Positions 20,074-30,268 are shown, counted from the first letter of the stretch. The stretch: 64,000 nucleotides of DNA from an uncultured delta proteobacterium (GCA_963778655.1 CAVZVA010000001.1:1-64000), one strand, 5' to 3'. Numbers and translations: made by a program. Notes: generated by a model not told the origin, from the letters alone.

Positions 20074-20739
20074 ATGAAGAAAGCAATCACCCTCGCAATC
20101 ATCGCCACCCTGGGCGGAGCCGCCGCCGCGCTGGCACAGCCCCACGGGCACCAGGGCGCCGAGAAGCGCTTCGAGATGCTCGACACCAACAAGGACGGCA
20201 AGCTCAGCCAAGACGAGCTGGCCGCGGGCATGAAGGGCTTCCTGGCGAAGGTCGACACCAACAAAGACGGCCGCGTCACCAAGGAAGAGCTCAGCGCCCA
20301 GCGCGACGCCATGCGCGCCAAGCACGAAGGCAAGAAAGGCCAGTGGCTGCAGAAGGCCGACGCCAACAAGGACGGCAAGCTGGAGCGCAGCGAGGTCGCG
20401 AAGATGCCGCAGAAGGTGTTCGATCGCATCGACGCCAACCACGACGGTGTGCTCGACAAGAGCGAGCTCGCGGCCAAGCACGGGCGCTTCGGCCACGGCA
20501 AGCGCGGCGAAGGCAAGCGCGGCGGCTTCTTCGCCCGCCTGGACACCAATGGCGACGGCGCGGTCGACGCCTCGGAGCTGAACGCCGCCGCGGCCAAGCG
20601 CTTCGCGCGCCTCGACACCAACCACGACGGCAGCGTCGACAAGGCCGAGCTGGCGGCGGCGCACGGCCGCTTCGGCAAGCACCGCTGCGACGGCGAAGGC
20701 CGCGGTCCTGCGGGCGGCGCCGCGGGCAGCCACGGTTGA
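20074..20739 (+). CDS. Secreted EF-hand calcium-binding protein (six loops)
   Basis: AGGAG RBS; signal peptide; six DxNxDGxxxxxE loops; His/Gly/Lys-rich linkers. Confidence 0.9.
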   Translation: MKKAITLAIIATLGGAAAALAQPHGHQGAEKRFEMLDTNKDGKLSQDELAAGMKGFLAKVDTNKDGRVTKEELSAQRDAMRAKHEGKKGQWLQKADANKDGKLERSEVAKMPQKVFDRIDANHDGVLDKSELAAKHGRFGHGKRGEGKRGGFFARLDTNGDGAVDASELNAAAAKRFARLDTNHDGSVDKAELAAAHGRFGKHRCDGEGRGPAGGAAGSHG

Positions 20740-20793
20740 TCCATGCTGCTGGCGGCTGACAGCCTGTTCCAGCTTGCGGCGGCTCCGCGCTAT

Positions 20794-21417
20794 ATGGCCC
20801 ACACGGCCAGAACGCGCGGGGCCGCCGCGTCGGCCGTTTCGGCAGGGAGCGAGCGCTTGGAGCAGCCGCAGGACGAGGACGAGCTGATGGCGCGCATCGG
20901 TCGCGCCGACGCGGGCGCGTACCGCATCATGTCCGACCGCTACCTCGGGCGCGTCGCAAGCTTCGCCGAGCGCCTGCTGGGCAATCGCGCGGAAGCCGAG
21001 GACGTGGCCCAGGACACCTTTCTGAAGCTGTGGACCGAGGCCGGGCGCTGGACGGCGCGCGCCAAGCCCAGCACCTGGCTCTACCGCGTGGCGCACAACT
21101 TGAGCATCGACCGCCTGCGCCGGCGGCGGCCGGACGATCCGGCGGCGCTCGACCGGCATTCGGTGGGAGACCGCCCGAGCGCGCTGCTGGCGCGCAAGCA
21201 GATGGCGCAGCAGGTGGCCGCGGCGCTCGCGCAGCTGCCCGAACGCCAGCGCGCGGCGATCACGCTGGTGCACTACGAAGGCCTCGGCAACGTGGAAGCA
21301 GCCGCGGTGCTCGAGGTGAGCGTGGAAGCGCTCGAGTCGCTGCTCTCGCGTGGCCGGCGCAGCCTGCGCGAGCAGCTCGACAATCTGCGCGAGCAATTCG
21401 AAGGAGACAACCCATGA
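20794..21417 (+). CDS. ECF RNA polymerase sigma factor
   Basis: AEDVAQDTFLKLW, TWLYRVAHNLSIDRLR, LPERQRAAI, ESLLSRGRR; start uncertain. Confidence 0.92.
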   Translation: MAHTARTRGAAASAVSAGSERLEQPQDEDELMARIGRADAGAYRIMSDRYLGRVASFAERLLGNRAEAEDVAQDTFLKLWTEAGRWTARAKPSTWLYRVAHNLSIDRLRRRRPDDPAALDRHSVGDRPSALLARKQMAQQVAAALAQLPERQRAAITLVHYEGLGNVEAAAVLEVSVEALESLLSRGRRSLREQLDNLREQFEGDNP

Positions 21418-21863
21418 CCGACTCGGAGCGCACATCGATCGACCTGGAACGGCTGCGCGAGCTCTGCTCGGGCTACGGCGCGGACCCCGCGCGCTGGCCG
21501 GAGCCGGACCGCGGGGCGGCGCAGGCGCTGCTGGCCCGCGACCCCGAGGCGCGGCGCATCTGCGCCGAGGCGGGCGAGCTCGACCGCCTGCTCGACGCGC
21601 TGCCGCAGCCCGCCGCTCCCTCCGCCGCGCTCATGCGCAAGGTGGCCGAGATCCCGCTGCGCCATCCGCGCGGGGCCGGCGCGCGTTCGATGCTAGGCGG
21701 CTTGCTGCCGTGGCGGGCGCTGCTGGCGGCCGTGCTGGCTTGCGCGCTGGGTGTGGTGAGCGGCGCGCTCAGCGTCGACTCCGGCAACGGCAGCAGCGAC
21801 GACGGCTGGGACGACGTGACCACCGTGGCCTTCGCGGTGGGGCTGGACGAGGGAGGGCCCTGA
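21414..21863 (+). CDS. Putative single-TM anti-sigma factor
   Basis: ATGA-coupled to the sigma gene; YGADPARWP...LDRLLD N-terminus and one TM helix. Confidence 0.7.
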   Translation: MTDSERTSIDLERLRELCSGYGADPARWPEPDRGAAQALLARDPEARRICAEAGELDRLLDALPQPAAPSAALMRKVAEIPLRHPRGAGARSMLGGLLPWRALLAAVLACALGVVSGALSVDSGNGSSDDGWDDVTTVAFAVGLDEGGP

Positions 21864-21865
21864 GC

Positions 21866-22318
21866 ATGGATCGCACGACCAGACGGCTCGTCGTCGCGCT
21901 CTGCGTTTCGCTGGGCCTGAACCTGTTCGGCGCCGGCTTCGTGGTGGCGCGGCGCGTGTTGCAGCATCGCCACGGCGAGCAGCACGGGGCGATGCTCGGC
22001 CCGCGCGGCTTCCTCGGCCGCGCCGGGCTGCGCGACGCGGGTCCGAACCTGCAGCGCATCGTAGGCGCCAAGCGCGATCAGCTGCGCGCGCAGCGCGCGG
22101 GGCTGCGTGCGGCGCGCGACGAGGTGCGCGCTGCGCTCGTGCAGGAGCCGTTCGATCGCGCGAAGCTGGAGGCCGCGCTGGCCAAGCTGCGCGCAGAGAC
22201 CACGCAGATGCAGGCCACCATGCACCAGACGCTGGTCGAGCTGGCGGCCTCGCTCGACGCACCACAGCGCAAGCATCTGGCCCAGGTCCCCTGGCTGCTG
22301 CATCCGCGGCCGCCCTGA
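21866..22318 (+). CDS. Periplasmic heavy-metal sensor family protein (CnrX/Spy-like helical)
   Basis: LCVSLGLNLF anchor, coiled helices, EPFDRAKLEAAL, LDAPQR; His and Met residues. Confidence 0.75.
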   Translation: MDRTTRRLVVALCVSLGLNLFGAGFVVARRVLQHRHGEQHGAMLGPRGFLGRAGLRDAGPNLQRIVGAKRDQLRAQRAGLRAARDEVRAALVQEPFDRAKLEAALAKLRAETTQMQATMHQTLVELAASLDAPQRKHLAQVPWLLHPRPP

Positions 22319-22408
22319 GCCGCCGCCGCCAAGGGCGCGCGATCACGCGCGCGGCGGCTGCTAGGGATCTTGCGCCGGGGCGGCGATCGGCGTTACCACG
22401 GTTGCTTC

Positions 22409-23056
22409 ATGGGCGCGGCCTACGCCATTCCGCTTCGCGGGCGCATCGCCTCGAGCGCCGCAGCGCTGCTCGCGCTCGCGCTCGCGGGCTGCGCCGCGGC
22501 CGCTCCGCCGCCGCCGAAGACGCCGCCACCTCCGGCGCCGGCCCCACCCGTGCCCAAGGCTCCCACGGTGGCCGCGGGCGTCGATCCGATCGAGCTGCCC
22601 TGCCAGCCGGGTGCGGCCGAGGCGTGCAATGGGCTCGACGACGACTGCGATGGCGTGATCGACAACGGCTGCGGCTACTCCAGCGGAGGCGTGCAGGTCA
22701 CGATCGGCTGGGACACCGGTGCCGACATCGATCTGTACGTGACCGACCCTTCGGGTGAGACCATCTACTACAACGCGAAGCACCGCCACTCACCGCTCGG
22801 CGGCGAGCTCGACCACGACGCGCGCGGCGATTGCCGTCCGGAGCAAGACCACCCGCGCGTCGAGAACGCGTACTGGCCGAGCCCCGCGCCGAAGGGCGAG
22901 TACGCAGTGGATCTCCAGTACTTCGGCCCGTGCGGGGACACTAAGCAGACCCACGTGGTGATGTCAGTCGCGGTGGGCGGCCGCGTCCTCGGCAGCTTTC
23001 GCTACGCGCTGCGGCCCGAGGAGCGGGTGCGCGCCCTTCACTTCCAGGTCCCCTGA
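22409..23056 (+). CDS. Lipoprotein with a MopE-type motif and a YfaP/DUF2135-like domain
   Basis: Lipobox LAGC; EACNGLDDDCDGVID; VTIGWDTGADIDLYVTDPSGE; ENAYW. Confidence 0.7.
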   Translation: MGAAYAIPLRGRIASSAAALLALALAGCAAAAPPPPKTPPPPAPAPPVPKAPTVAAGVDPIELPCQPGAAEACNGLDDDCDGVIDNGCGYSSGGVQVTIGWDTGADIDLYVTDPSGETIYYNAKHRHSPLGGELDHDARGDCRPEQDHPRVENAYWPSPAPKGEYAVDLQYFGPCGDTKQTHVVMSVAVGGRVLGSFRYALRPEERVRALHFQVP

Positions 23057-23182
23057 GAACAGCCGCAACGCAGCGGCAGCATGCGCGGCGCGCCTGCAAA
23101 CCGACGCGTCGACGTATTCCGTACATATTGCAATTAGCTCGCTTCAGCGGAATATTTGAAGTGCTGAGGGGGCTTTGCGCGG

Positions 23183-25213
23183 ATGACCACGGTAGAGGCA
23201 ATCGACGCCACGGTGCTCGTGGTCGGCAGAGGCGTGCTGATCGACGCGCTCGCCCGCAGGCTCGAGCGCTCCGGCATCGAGGTTACGCTGTCGGCGAGCG
23301 ATGGCGTGGAGCAGGCGGCACGCGTCGCGGCTCCCGACCTTCTGATCGTCGCCGGCGACTCGGCGCGCAGCGAGGCCGAGCGCGTGCTTTCGCGGCTCGG
23401 GCGCGATGCGAGCACCGCGGCGCTGCCCGTGCTGGCGATCTGTGGATCGACCTCGTTCACGACTCCGCACGGGTTGCGGCACCGGCACGCGGCCGAGCTC
23501 GCGCCCGAAGGCGGCGTCGATGCCTGGGTCGCGCGGGTGGAGAAGCTGCTGGCGCGCCTGAGCGCGGGCGGCGCGGACGAGCCGCTGCAGGCGCTCGTCG
23601 ATGGCATTGCCAGCAAGCCGTCGCCCACGCCCGGACGTGGACGCCCCGACAAGGCCGCGCCGCAGGTGCGCGTCAAGCACCCGACCATGGTGGGCCTGGG
23701 AGCTGGCCTGCCGATGGTGGCACCCGCGACGGCCGGCATTGTCGCGCCGCAGCCCGCGGGCGCGGACGCCGGTGTGGAGAAAGCCGTGCCTGCAGCCGTC
23801 TCTGTCATCGCTCCGCCGCGCAGCGGGTTTGGCGCCAGCCCATCACCGGCAGCCACGCCCCGCGAGCCGATCGCCGCCACGCAACACGCAGAGCCCGAGC
23901 GCACGCCCGAGCCCGAGCCGCTGCGCGCCGCGCTCGCCGCCAGCACATCGCCCACGGCCTCGGCGTACGAGGCGGCCGCCGCAGCGCCGCGCGCCGAGCC
24001 CGAGCCGCTGCGCGCGCCGCGGCGCGCCGCGTTCGCCGCCAGCACATCGCCTGCGGCCGTGCCGTGCGAGCCGGTCGCTGCCGCGCCGCGCGCCGCACCC
24101 GAGCCCGAGCCGCGCGAGCCGCTGCGCGCGCCGGATGCGGAGCTGTTCGTCCAGCTCGCGGTGAGCGCGCCCCCGCCCGAGCTCGCCGCGGCCAGCTCGG
24201 CGCAGCTGCCCCCGAGCACGCCAGCGGCAGAGGCCGCAGCGGTCGAGGTGTCGTGGACCCGCGACGAAGGCTCGCGCGAGCACACGCCCGTCGCCTGGGA
24301 TGTCGCCGCCGAGCCCAGCGGGCCTGCTCCGCGCCCGGCCGCCTCCCACGCGGCGCTTTGGTGGGCGCGCGTGAACGGCCTGCTGCGTCGAATTGGCCCC
24401 CTGCCCCGACGCGCCCGCGGCGAGCTCGTGAAGCTGCTGCCCGCGGCGGAGCGGTTGCGCGAAAGGAGCGCACGGGCGCACGCCGGCTTGGCGGTTGGAG
24501 CGGCTTGTCTGCTGACCGCCGTGGTGGTGGGCCTGGTGTCGAGAGGCGCACCCTCATCAGGCAGCAACCACACGGCCGGCGTCGCAGGCCCGGCCGCAGC
24601 GGTGCGACGCGAGGCCGTGCGACAGCCGCCCGCGCCGGTGCACACGCCGCCTGCTCCCGCGCCCGTGGCCCGAGCCGCCGCAAGCACCGCAACGCGTCCG
24701 CCGGCGCCCGCGGCTGCCCCTGTGCCCGCGACGCCGAGTGAGGTCGCCGCAAACGATGCCGACGATGCGGACCCGGACGACGCGGACGCCGACGACAGCG
24801 ACACGGACTCCGAGCCCGAGCAGAGCGCGACCAAGCCCGGCAGGCTGCCACGCGCCGTCGCGATCAAGCTCGGACGCGCAAACCGGCACGTGGACGCGGG
24901 CCGCAAACTGTTCGCGCGGGGACACCTGGGCCTGGCGGAGGCCGAGTACATCGAGGCGCTTCACGCGCTGCCCAGGTTTCCGCGTGCGTTGACCGGGCTG
25001 GTCAAGGTCCATCTGCGGCGCAAGGACGGCGTCGAGGCCCTGCGTTGGGCGCGCCGCTTGATCTCGCGACAACCCCACTTCGGCGTCAATCAGCTCTTGC
25101 TGGGCGATGCGCTGGCGCTCAACGGAGACCGCGCAGGCGCTGACAAGGCCTGGCACAAGGCGGTGCGCTACGGATGCGTGACCGCCCGAAAGCGACTGGC
25201 CAAGCGACGCTGA
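23183..25213 (+). CDS. Membrane protein: pseudo-receiver domain, Pro/Ala-rich linker, TM helix, acidic tract, C-terminal TPR
   Basis: VLVVG...APDLLIVAGD...LPVLAI; low-complexity linker; TM; DADDADPDD; TPR-like AEAEYIEAL...LLGDAL. Confidence 0.6.
   Translation: MTTVEAIDATVLVVGRGVLIDALARRLERSGIEVTLSASDGVEQAARVAAPDLLIVAGDSARSEAERVLSRLGRDASTAALPVLAICGSTSFTTPHGLRHRHAAELAPEGGVDAWVARVEKLLARLSAGGADEPLQALVDGIASKPSPTPGRGRPDKAAPQVRVKHPTMVGLGAGLPMVAPATAGIVAPQPAGADAGVEKAVPAAVSVIAPPRSGFGASPSPAATPREPIAATQHAEPERTPEPEPLRAALAASTSPTASAYEAAAAAPRAEPEPLRAPRRAAFAASTSPAAVPCEPVAAAPRAAPEPEPREPLRAPDAELFVQLAVSAPPPELAAASSAQLPPSTPAAEAAAVEVSWTRDEGSREHTPVAWDVAAEPSGPAPRPAASHAALWWARVNGLLRRIGPLPRRARGELVKLLPAAERLRERSARAHAGLAVGAACLLTAVVVGLVSRGAPSSGSNHTAGVAGPAAAVRREAVRQPPAPVHTPPAPAPVARAAASTATRPPAPAAAPVPATPSEVAANDADDADPDDADADDSDTDSEPEQSATKPGRLPRAVAIKLGRANRHVDAGRKLFARGHLGLAEAEYIEALHALPRFPRALTGLVKVHLRRKDGVEALRWARRLISRQPHFGVNQLLLGDALALNGDRAGADKAWHKAVRYGCVTARKRLAKRR
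23900..24135 (+). repeat. Imperfect intragenic tandem repeat (about three units of 95-100 bp)
   Basis: GAGCCCGAGCCGC recurs near 23909, 23996 and 24101; TCGCCGCCAGCACATCGCC occurs twice. Confidence 0.65.
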
Positions 25214-25541
25214 TGAGCACGCCTCGTTCAGCCAGAAATCGCGCAGCGCGCGCGGTTGTTCGCGGCTGTTCGCGGTCCGTGCACAGGCGATCGATGCCCG
25301 GCTCGCGCCCACACTGCACGGCCTGGCAGGCGAAGCGCCGCGCCAACACCACATCCAACTCCAAATCGATGAGCGGGCGAAACATTGCCTCACTCGCGGC
25401 CGCGGCCGTAGCCACAGTAGCTGGGATGAACCCCGCTTCTGCGAGCTCGCACGCGCGCCTTCCTTCTTCACTTGAGCTGACGCCGACTCGACTAGGGCAG
25501 TGGCCGGACAAAGGTCAACTCGCCACGCCAAAGTGGGATAC

Positions 25542-27816
25542 ATGATGCCAGCGAATTCCATACGTCTGTTTCCGCGCTCTCGGTCGTCGTAATCGTGTCG
25601 GCGGCCTGCAGCGGAGGCGGCGGAAGCAGCGGCACATCCAAGTCCGGCAAGACTACGCCCGCAGCCGATTCTGGACAGGCCGCGGCCAGCCCCGCCGGCA
25701 GCCCCGCCGACGCCGGGACCAGTGACGCCCGCGACGCCGCAGCGGACACCGGCACGGGGAACACGGCGGCGGGCAACGCCAAGTGCGGCAACGCCAAGCT
25801 GGAGGACGGCGAGGCGTGCGACGACGGCAACAAGCGCAACGGCGACGGCTGCGACGACCATTGTCAGGTCTAGGCCTCTTACCACTGCGTGGTGGCGGGC
25901 GCCCCATGCGAGCAGTGCGGAAACGGCATCGTGGAAAGCTCCGAGATGTGCGACGACGGCACGTTGCTCGGGCGAGCCCAGCGCCTGCCAGCCGAGCTTC
26001 GAGTTCGTCTCGATCCGGCGCTTCAACATCAGTCAGGTCAGCCCCGCGGCGTTGAACTACGAGCCGGACCGGCGCGCCTTCGCCGGGCACAAATCCCAGA
26101 GCTCCAAGCTCCCGATCGAGCTGTGTCTGGACGGCACGATTCTCGACCCCAACGACACCGCGACCTACCCCTACGGGTCGATCACCGCGCCCGACGGCAC
26201 CACCTCGGCGCTGCCGATCGCGTGCCAGACCGATCCGACCGCAGACCCCTGCTACGACCTGCCGGCTCGACCGGTCACCAGCGGTACCCTGGTCGGCTCG
26301 ACCTACGACCCTTCACCGATCACTACGTCTTCGTCAGCGTGCTCGGGGGCACGACCACACTGACCGAGGTAGCGCGCGACTTCGACCCCGCGACTCAGAC
26401 CCTCGCCGACTTCCAGGTCAACCTCTCGGGCGTGGCGGCGGCGGCGGACCTCACCATCGGCGAGGACGGCGACCTCTACCTGGTCGACAGCGCGCTGGAG
26501 GTCGTGGACGTGTTCCCACGGCGGCGTGACGGCAACCTCGACATCGTGATCCCGGATTGCGCCACCACGCCGGAGGCCAACTGCACCTCTTTCGCATCCA
26601 CCCTCGACATCACGCGCGGGTGGAGCGCCAGCGCAAGCGACGCCCTCAACGGCCTGTTCACCGTGCCGGGCGAGAACCTGGTCGGCGTCTTCGACGCCTT
26701 CACCGGGGCGACGAGCTACTCGGGGCAGGACCTGGTCGGCGGCACGACGTTCAACAGCTCCGAGTATTTCACCTTCTACGATCCCTCGCTGGCGTCGCGA
26801 CCGCCGCTATTCGGGCACTCCGCGCTCCCGGGCTTGCTGTTCTCGCTCGGTACCAGCGGAACGAGCTACCAGAAGTACTCCAAATCTGCCGAGACCGCGG
26901 CCGACGGCGGCTCGTTCATCGTGTGCCCGGAGAACCCGAGCGAGGATTGCCAGCTGTTCGCGCGCACCTGCTCGACGACCGCCGAGTGCAGCGCGGTGGT
27001 GCCGGGCACGCAGTGCAACACCACTGCTGCGGTGCCCTACTGCAGTCAGCCCGGGGCGGCGCGCGACGACGCCTTCACCGTGGATCGCGCGGGCGGCAGC
27101 CAGCCGGCGGCGGTGCCGCTCGACGTGCTGGCCAACGACAGCCTGTGCGAGTCGGCGTGCCTGAGCCCGCACATGAACATCCTGAGCGTCTGCGGCGACG
27201 GCACGACCGAGGCCTACCAGAGCGCCAATCCCGACAACTGTCCCGACGACAGCCCGCCGCGCGGGACGCCTGCGCTGACCGGCGGCAGCGTCACCTACAC
27301 CCCGCCGAGGGACGGAAGCTGTGGCTTCGCGGACACGTTCTACTACACCGTGGATCTGGGCGGCGGCGTGATCGGCACCGCGCGCGTTCGGGTGGTCGTG
27401 GCCTGCGTGTGCGGCGACGGCATCGTCGACAGCAACGAGCAGTGCGACGAAGGCTCCAACAACGCGCCTGCGGGCAGCCTGCTCAGCGACAACGGAACTC
27501 CCAGTGACCCGACTGACGACGTGTATGCGCGCTGCGGCACCGACTGCCGCTTCAACGTGTTCTGCGGCGACGGCTACATCGTCTTCCCCGAAGAGTGCGA
27601 CGATCGCAACGCCGTCAGCGGCGACGGCTGCAGCGAGCTCTGCACGCTCGAAAGCGTGAGTGCGACGACGGAAACACCGTCGCCGGGGACGGCTGCGACG
27701 CGGGGTGCCAGCTCGAATGCGGCAACGGGGCGCTGGACCCGGGCGAGAGCTGCGACGACGGCAACCGGATCTCTGGAGACGGCTGCAGCTCGACCTGCCA
27801 GATGGAGGTCAAATGA
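25542..27816 (+). pseudogene. Disrupted myxobacterial Cys-rich repeat (DUF4215-like) lipoprotein with an Ig/Ig_9-like segment
   Basis: CGNG/CGDG..E.CDDGN...GDGC repeats spread across frames; frame breaks near 25570, 25963, 26310 and 27656; in-frame TAG at 25871-25873. Confidence 0.75.
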
Positions 27817-27887
27817 CGCCGCCGCACGCCGGAGTTGGCCGGCGCGCGCGGCGGGTGTAGGGTGGCGGCCCGGGAAGGAGGGCTGCG

Positions 27888-28970
27888 ATGCAGCTTGCCT
27901 GGGCGCGGATCGTGGGCCCGATCGCGGTGGCGGCTTTGGCGCTGGCGGTCGGATGCCCGAGCGGCGGGAACGGCGGCAAGATGGACGGCGGCGCCCTGGG
28001 CGACGGGCAGACGCCCTCGGGTCAAGGCGGCTCGGGCGGGCAGAGCGGGCCGGTGGTGTGGGTGGGCTCGCACTTCACGCGCTCGGTGCGTGGCATCGAC
28101 ACCGGCAGCGGCGAGACGCTGGCGATGATCGATCTGCCGGCGGACCCCAACGACCTGGTGATCGCGGCGGGCAAGGTGTGGGTGGGCACCGACGACGGCG
28201 ACCTGTTGGCGATCGACCCCCAGAGCGGCGAGGCCGGCGATCCGTTGCACATCGGAGGGCCGATCGAGCACATCGCCGCCGGCGGCGGCCGGCTGTTCGT
28301 AGCGCACTTCGGCGGAGGCGACAGCGGCCTGCCGCCGCAAGTCGTGGAGGTGGATCCGGCGAAGGTCACGGAGCTCAACCGCTTCGCGGTGGTCGACATC
28401 AACGAGAGCCACGACGGCTTGATCCTCGACGGCAGCACGCTGTACGTGCTGGTCGGCAATGGCTTCGCGCTCGAGCGCGTCGACCCCGACAGCGGCGCGG
28501 TGATGGACAGCGTGGCGCTGGGGGAGAACCCCGACGATCCGAGCGGCCCCCGCGGCGACTTCTATGGCTACGGCCAGATGATCCTGGTCGGCGGGACGAT
28601 GTGGGTGTTGGACGAGTACAAGAACAAGGTGCTGGGGGTCGACGCCACCTCCCTGGCGGTGGGTCCGATCCTGGACGCCACCAGTTGGCTCGACAACGGG
28701 GGCGCGGACTATCTCGCGTCCGACGGCAAGGACGTGTTCGTCTCGCTCAAGGACGCCAACAGCATCGTGCGGCTCGACGGCAAGACCGGCGAGGTCAAGG
28801 ACACCTACGACTACGAGGACGGCGCCGGCGTGATCGCCTTCAAGGACGGTCTGCTCTACATGGACGGCGACGAAAGCTTCGGCGACCTGCTGCTGATCGA
28901 CCCGAGCGACGGCAAGCTGCAGCGCAAGGTGCCAGGCGTGTACGCGGACAACGAGCTGGTGGTGCAGTAG
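27888..28970 (+). CDS. Beta-propeller lipoprotein (YncE/PQQ-like repeats)
   Basis: AAGGAGG RBS; lipobox AVGC; repeated IDxxSG, VWVG and LYV blades. Confidence 0.75.
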   Translation: MQLAWARIVGPIAVAALALAVGCPSGGNGGKMDGGALGDGQTPSGQGGSGGQSGPVVWVGSHFTRSVRGIDTGSGETLAMIDLPADPNDLVIAAGKVWVGTDDGDLLAIDPQSGEAGDPLHIGGPIEHIAAGGGRLFVAHFGGGDSGLPPQVVEVDPAKVTELNRFAVVDINESHDGLILDGSTLYVLVGNGFALERVDPDSGAVMDSVALGENPDDPSGPRGDFYGYGQMILVGGTMWVLDEYKNKVLGVDATSLAVGPILDATSWLDNGGADYLASDGKDVFVSLKDANSIVRLDGKTGEVKDTYDYEDGAGVIAFKDGLLYMDGDESFGDLLLIDPSDGKLQRKVPGVYADNELVVQ

Positions 28971-28986
28971 CGGCGCGCTCGCGCGC

Positions 28987-30129
28987 TCAGCGGGCGCGCG
29001 CGGCGCGGGCCTCGGCGGCGTAGGCCTCGAGCGCCTCGCCCACCTTCCAGTCCTCGGTCGCCGCCCCGACGCGCCCGACCAGGCAGGCGCGCCAGTCCTC
29101 GCCCTCGGCCTCGGCCATTGCGGTCAGGATGTTCACGTCGGTCTGCAGCACCGCCACCACGTTGATGTAGAAGTTCCACACGTGAGCGAGCGCGATCTGA
29201 AACCACAACCGATCTTTGTCGAAGCCGGTGACGCCGTGGCTGCACAGCGCGGCGTAATAGGCGTCCACCAGCGCGCGCTCGTGCGCTCGGCGATCCTCCA
29301 CCGACAGCCCGGTCACCAGCAGGCGCGCCACGTCGAACGCGCCGACGTTGTGGTTCGGCTGCTGCCAATCGAACAGCGCGAAGCGCGGCACCGCCTCGGT
29401 GGGAAAGAACATCTGTTTGGGATGCGCATCGGTGTGCGCCAGGGTCAGCGGATCGGGATTGTAGCCGACCAGGTCGTCCCAGACCCGCAGCCAGGTGTCC
29501 ATCGCCCCAAGCGCCCGCGGCGAGAGCTGATCGCCGAGCTGGGCGCGCGCCGCGGCCAACAGCTGCGACGCGATGCTCTTGAGCATGGCGTTCCAGTCGG
29601 GCTGGTCGAACTTGCGGACGAATGGCAGCTCCGCCAGCTGCGGGTCGTTCCAGAACTCGGCGTGGATGCGGGCCAGCTGCCTCAGACCGAGCTCGACGTC
29701 GGCGACGCTGCTGCGAAACAGCGAGCCGGTCCGCGCGCCTGACAGATCCTCGAGCAATAGGATGAAGTCGCCGCTCTCGGGATCGATCTCCGCTGCATAG
29801 GCTTTGGGCACGGGTAGATCGCGGCTGCGCGCCAGCACCTGATAGAAGCGCACTTCCATCAGGTACGAGTCGTATTGGCGCGCGACCTCGCGGGCCGCCG
29901 GAAAGCTCGCGGGAAGCTTCGCCACCAGCGAGCGCGGCGCCCCCGCCGCCTCGCCTTCGTAGTCGAGCGAGATCCTGGCTAGATCCGCGGTCTGTCCCGG
30001 CTCGGCCACGGCCTCTAGACGGAAACCGCGCACCCTACCCTGGCCCAGCGCGCCAGCTTCCCGCAGCACCGCGGTGAGCCAATTTGCGTCGATCTGATCG
30101 GCGCGCGTGGGAAACGTAGCTGCCGACAT
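28987..30129 (-). CDS. APH/choline/ecdysteroid-kinase-like phosphotransferase
   Basis: SLVAK, EVRFY, LLLEDL, LARIHA, TLAHTDAHPKQMFF (variant Brenner motif), FDWQ, DVARLL. Confidence 0.8.
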   Translation of the reverse strand: MSAATFPTRADQIDANWLTAVLREAGALGQGRVRGFRLEAVAEPGQTADLARISLDYEGEAAGAPRSLVAKLPASFPAAREVARQYDSYLMEVRFYQVLARSRDLPVPKAYAAEIDPESGDFILLLEDLSGARTGSLFRSSVADVELGLRQLARIHAEFWNDPQLAELPFVRKFDQPDWNAMLKSIASQLLAAARAQLGDQLSPRALGAMDTWLRVWDDLVGYNPDPLTLAHTDAHPKQMFFPTEAVPRFALFDWQQPNHNVGAFDVARLLVTGLSVEDRRAHERALVDAYYAALCSHGVTGFDKDRLWFQIALAHVWNFYINVVAVLQTDVNILTAMAEAEGEDWRACLVGRVGAATEDWKVGEALEAYAAEARAARAR

Positions 30130-30133
30130 CCTA

Positions 30134-30184
30134 CCTCCGATTCCCTCTACCCGGGGACAACCCGGATCTAACGCGAATCGGAGG
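30134..30184 (-). promoter_or_regulatory. RBS-sequestering stem-loop in the 5' leader of the phosphotransferase gene
   Basis: Perfect 10-bp inverted repeat CCTCCGATTC (30134-30143) / GAATCGGAGG (30175-30184) that includes the GGAGG SD; inner CCGGG/CCCGG stem. Confidence 0.5.
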
Positions 30185-30246
30185 CCGCGTCACCGGCCTG
30201 CCTAAGCGCAGGGAGCCCCCCAAGGCCGGGGCTTTGTTTACCGAAG

Positions 30247-30268
30247 GGGAGGGGCGCGTGCCCCTCCC
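30247..30268 (-). terminator. Hairpin just after the dnaK stop
   Basis: GGGAGGGGC-GCGT-GCCCCTCCC, 9-bp stem; weak U-tract. Confidence 0.5.

Noticed and set aside
19371..20744. 457 aa minus-strand ORF
   Set aside because: Only the last ~167 codons are thioesterase; the rest is antisense to the EF-hand gene.
25871..25873. In-frame TAG as pyrrolysine or programmed readthrough
   Set aside because: The same gene has four other lesions, TAG is a common stop in this window, and no pyl genes are present.
25889..29023. 1044 aa ORF in the track
   Set aside because: Chimeric: only about 25889-25960 and 26310-27655 are in the real frame of the disrupted gene. The rest is shadow over other frames and the propeller gene.
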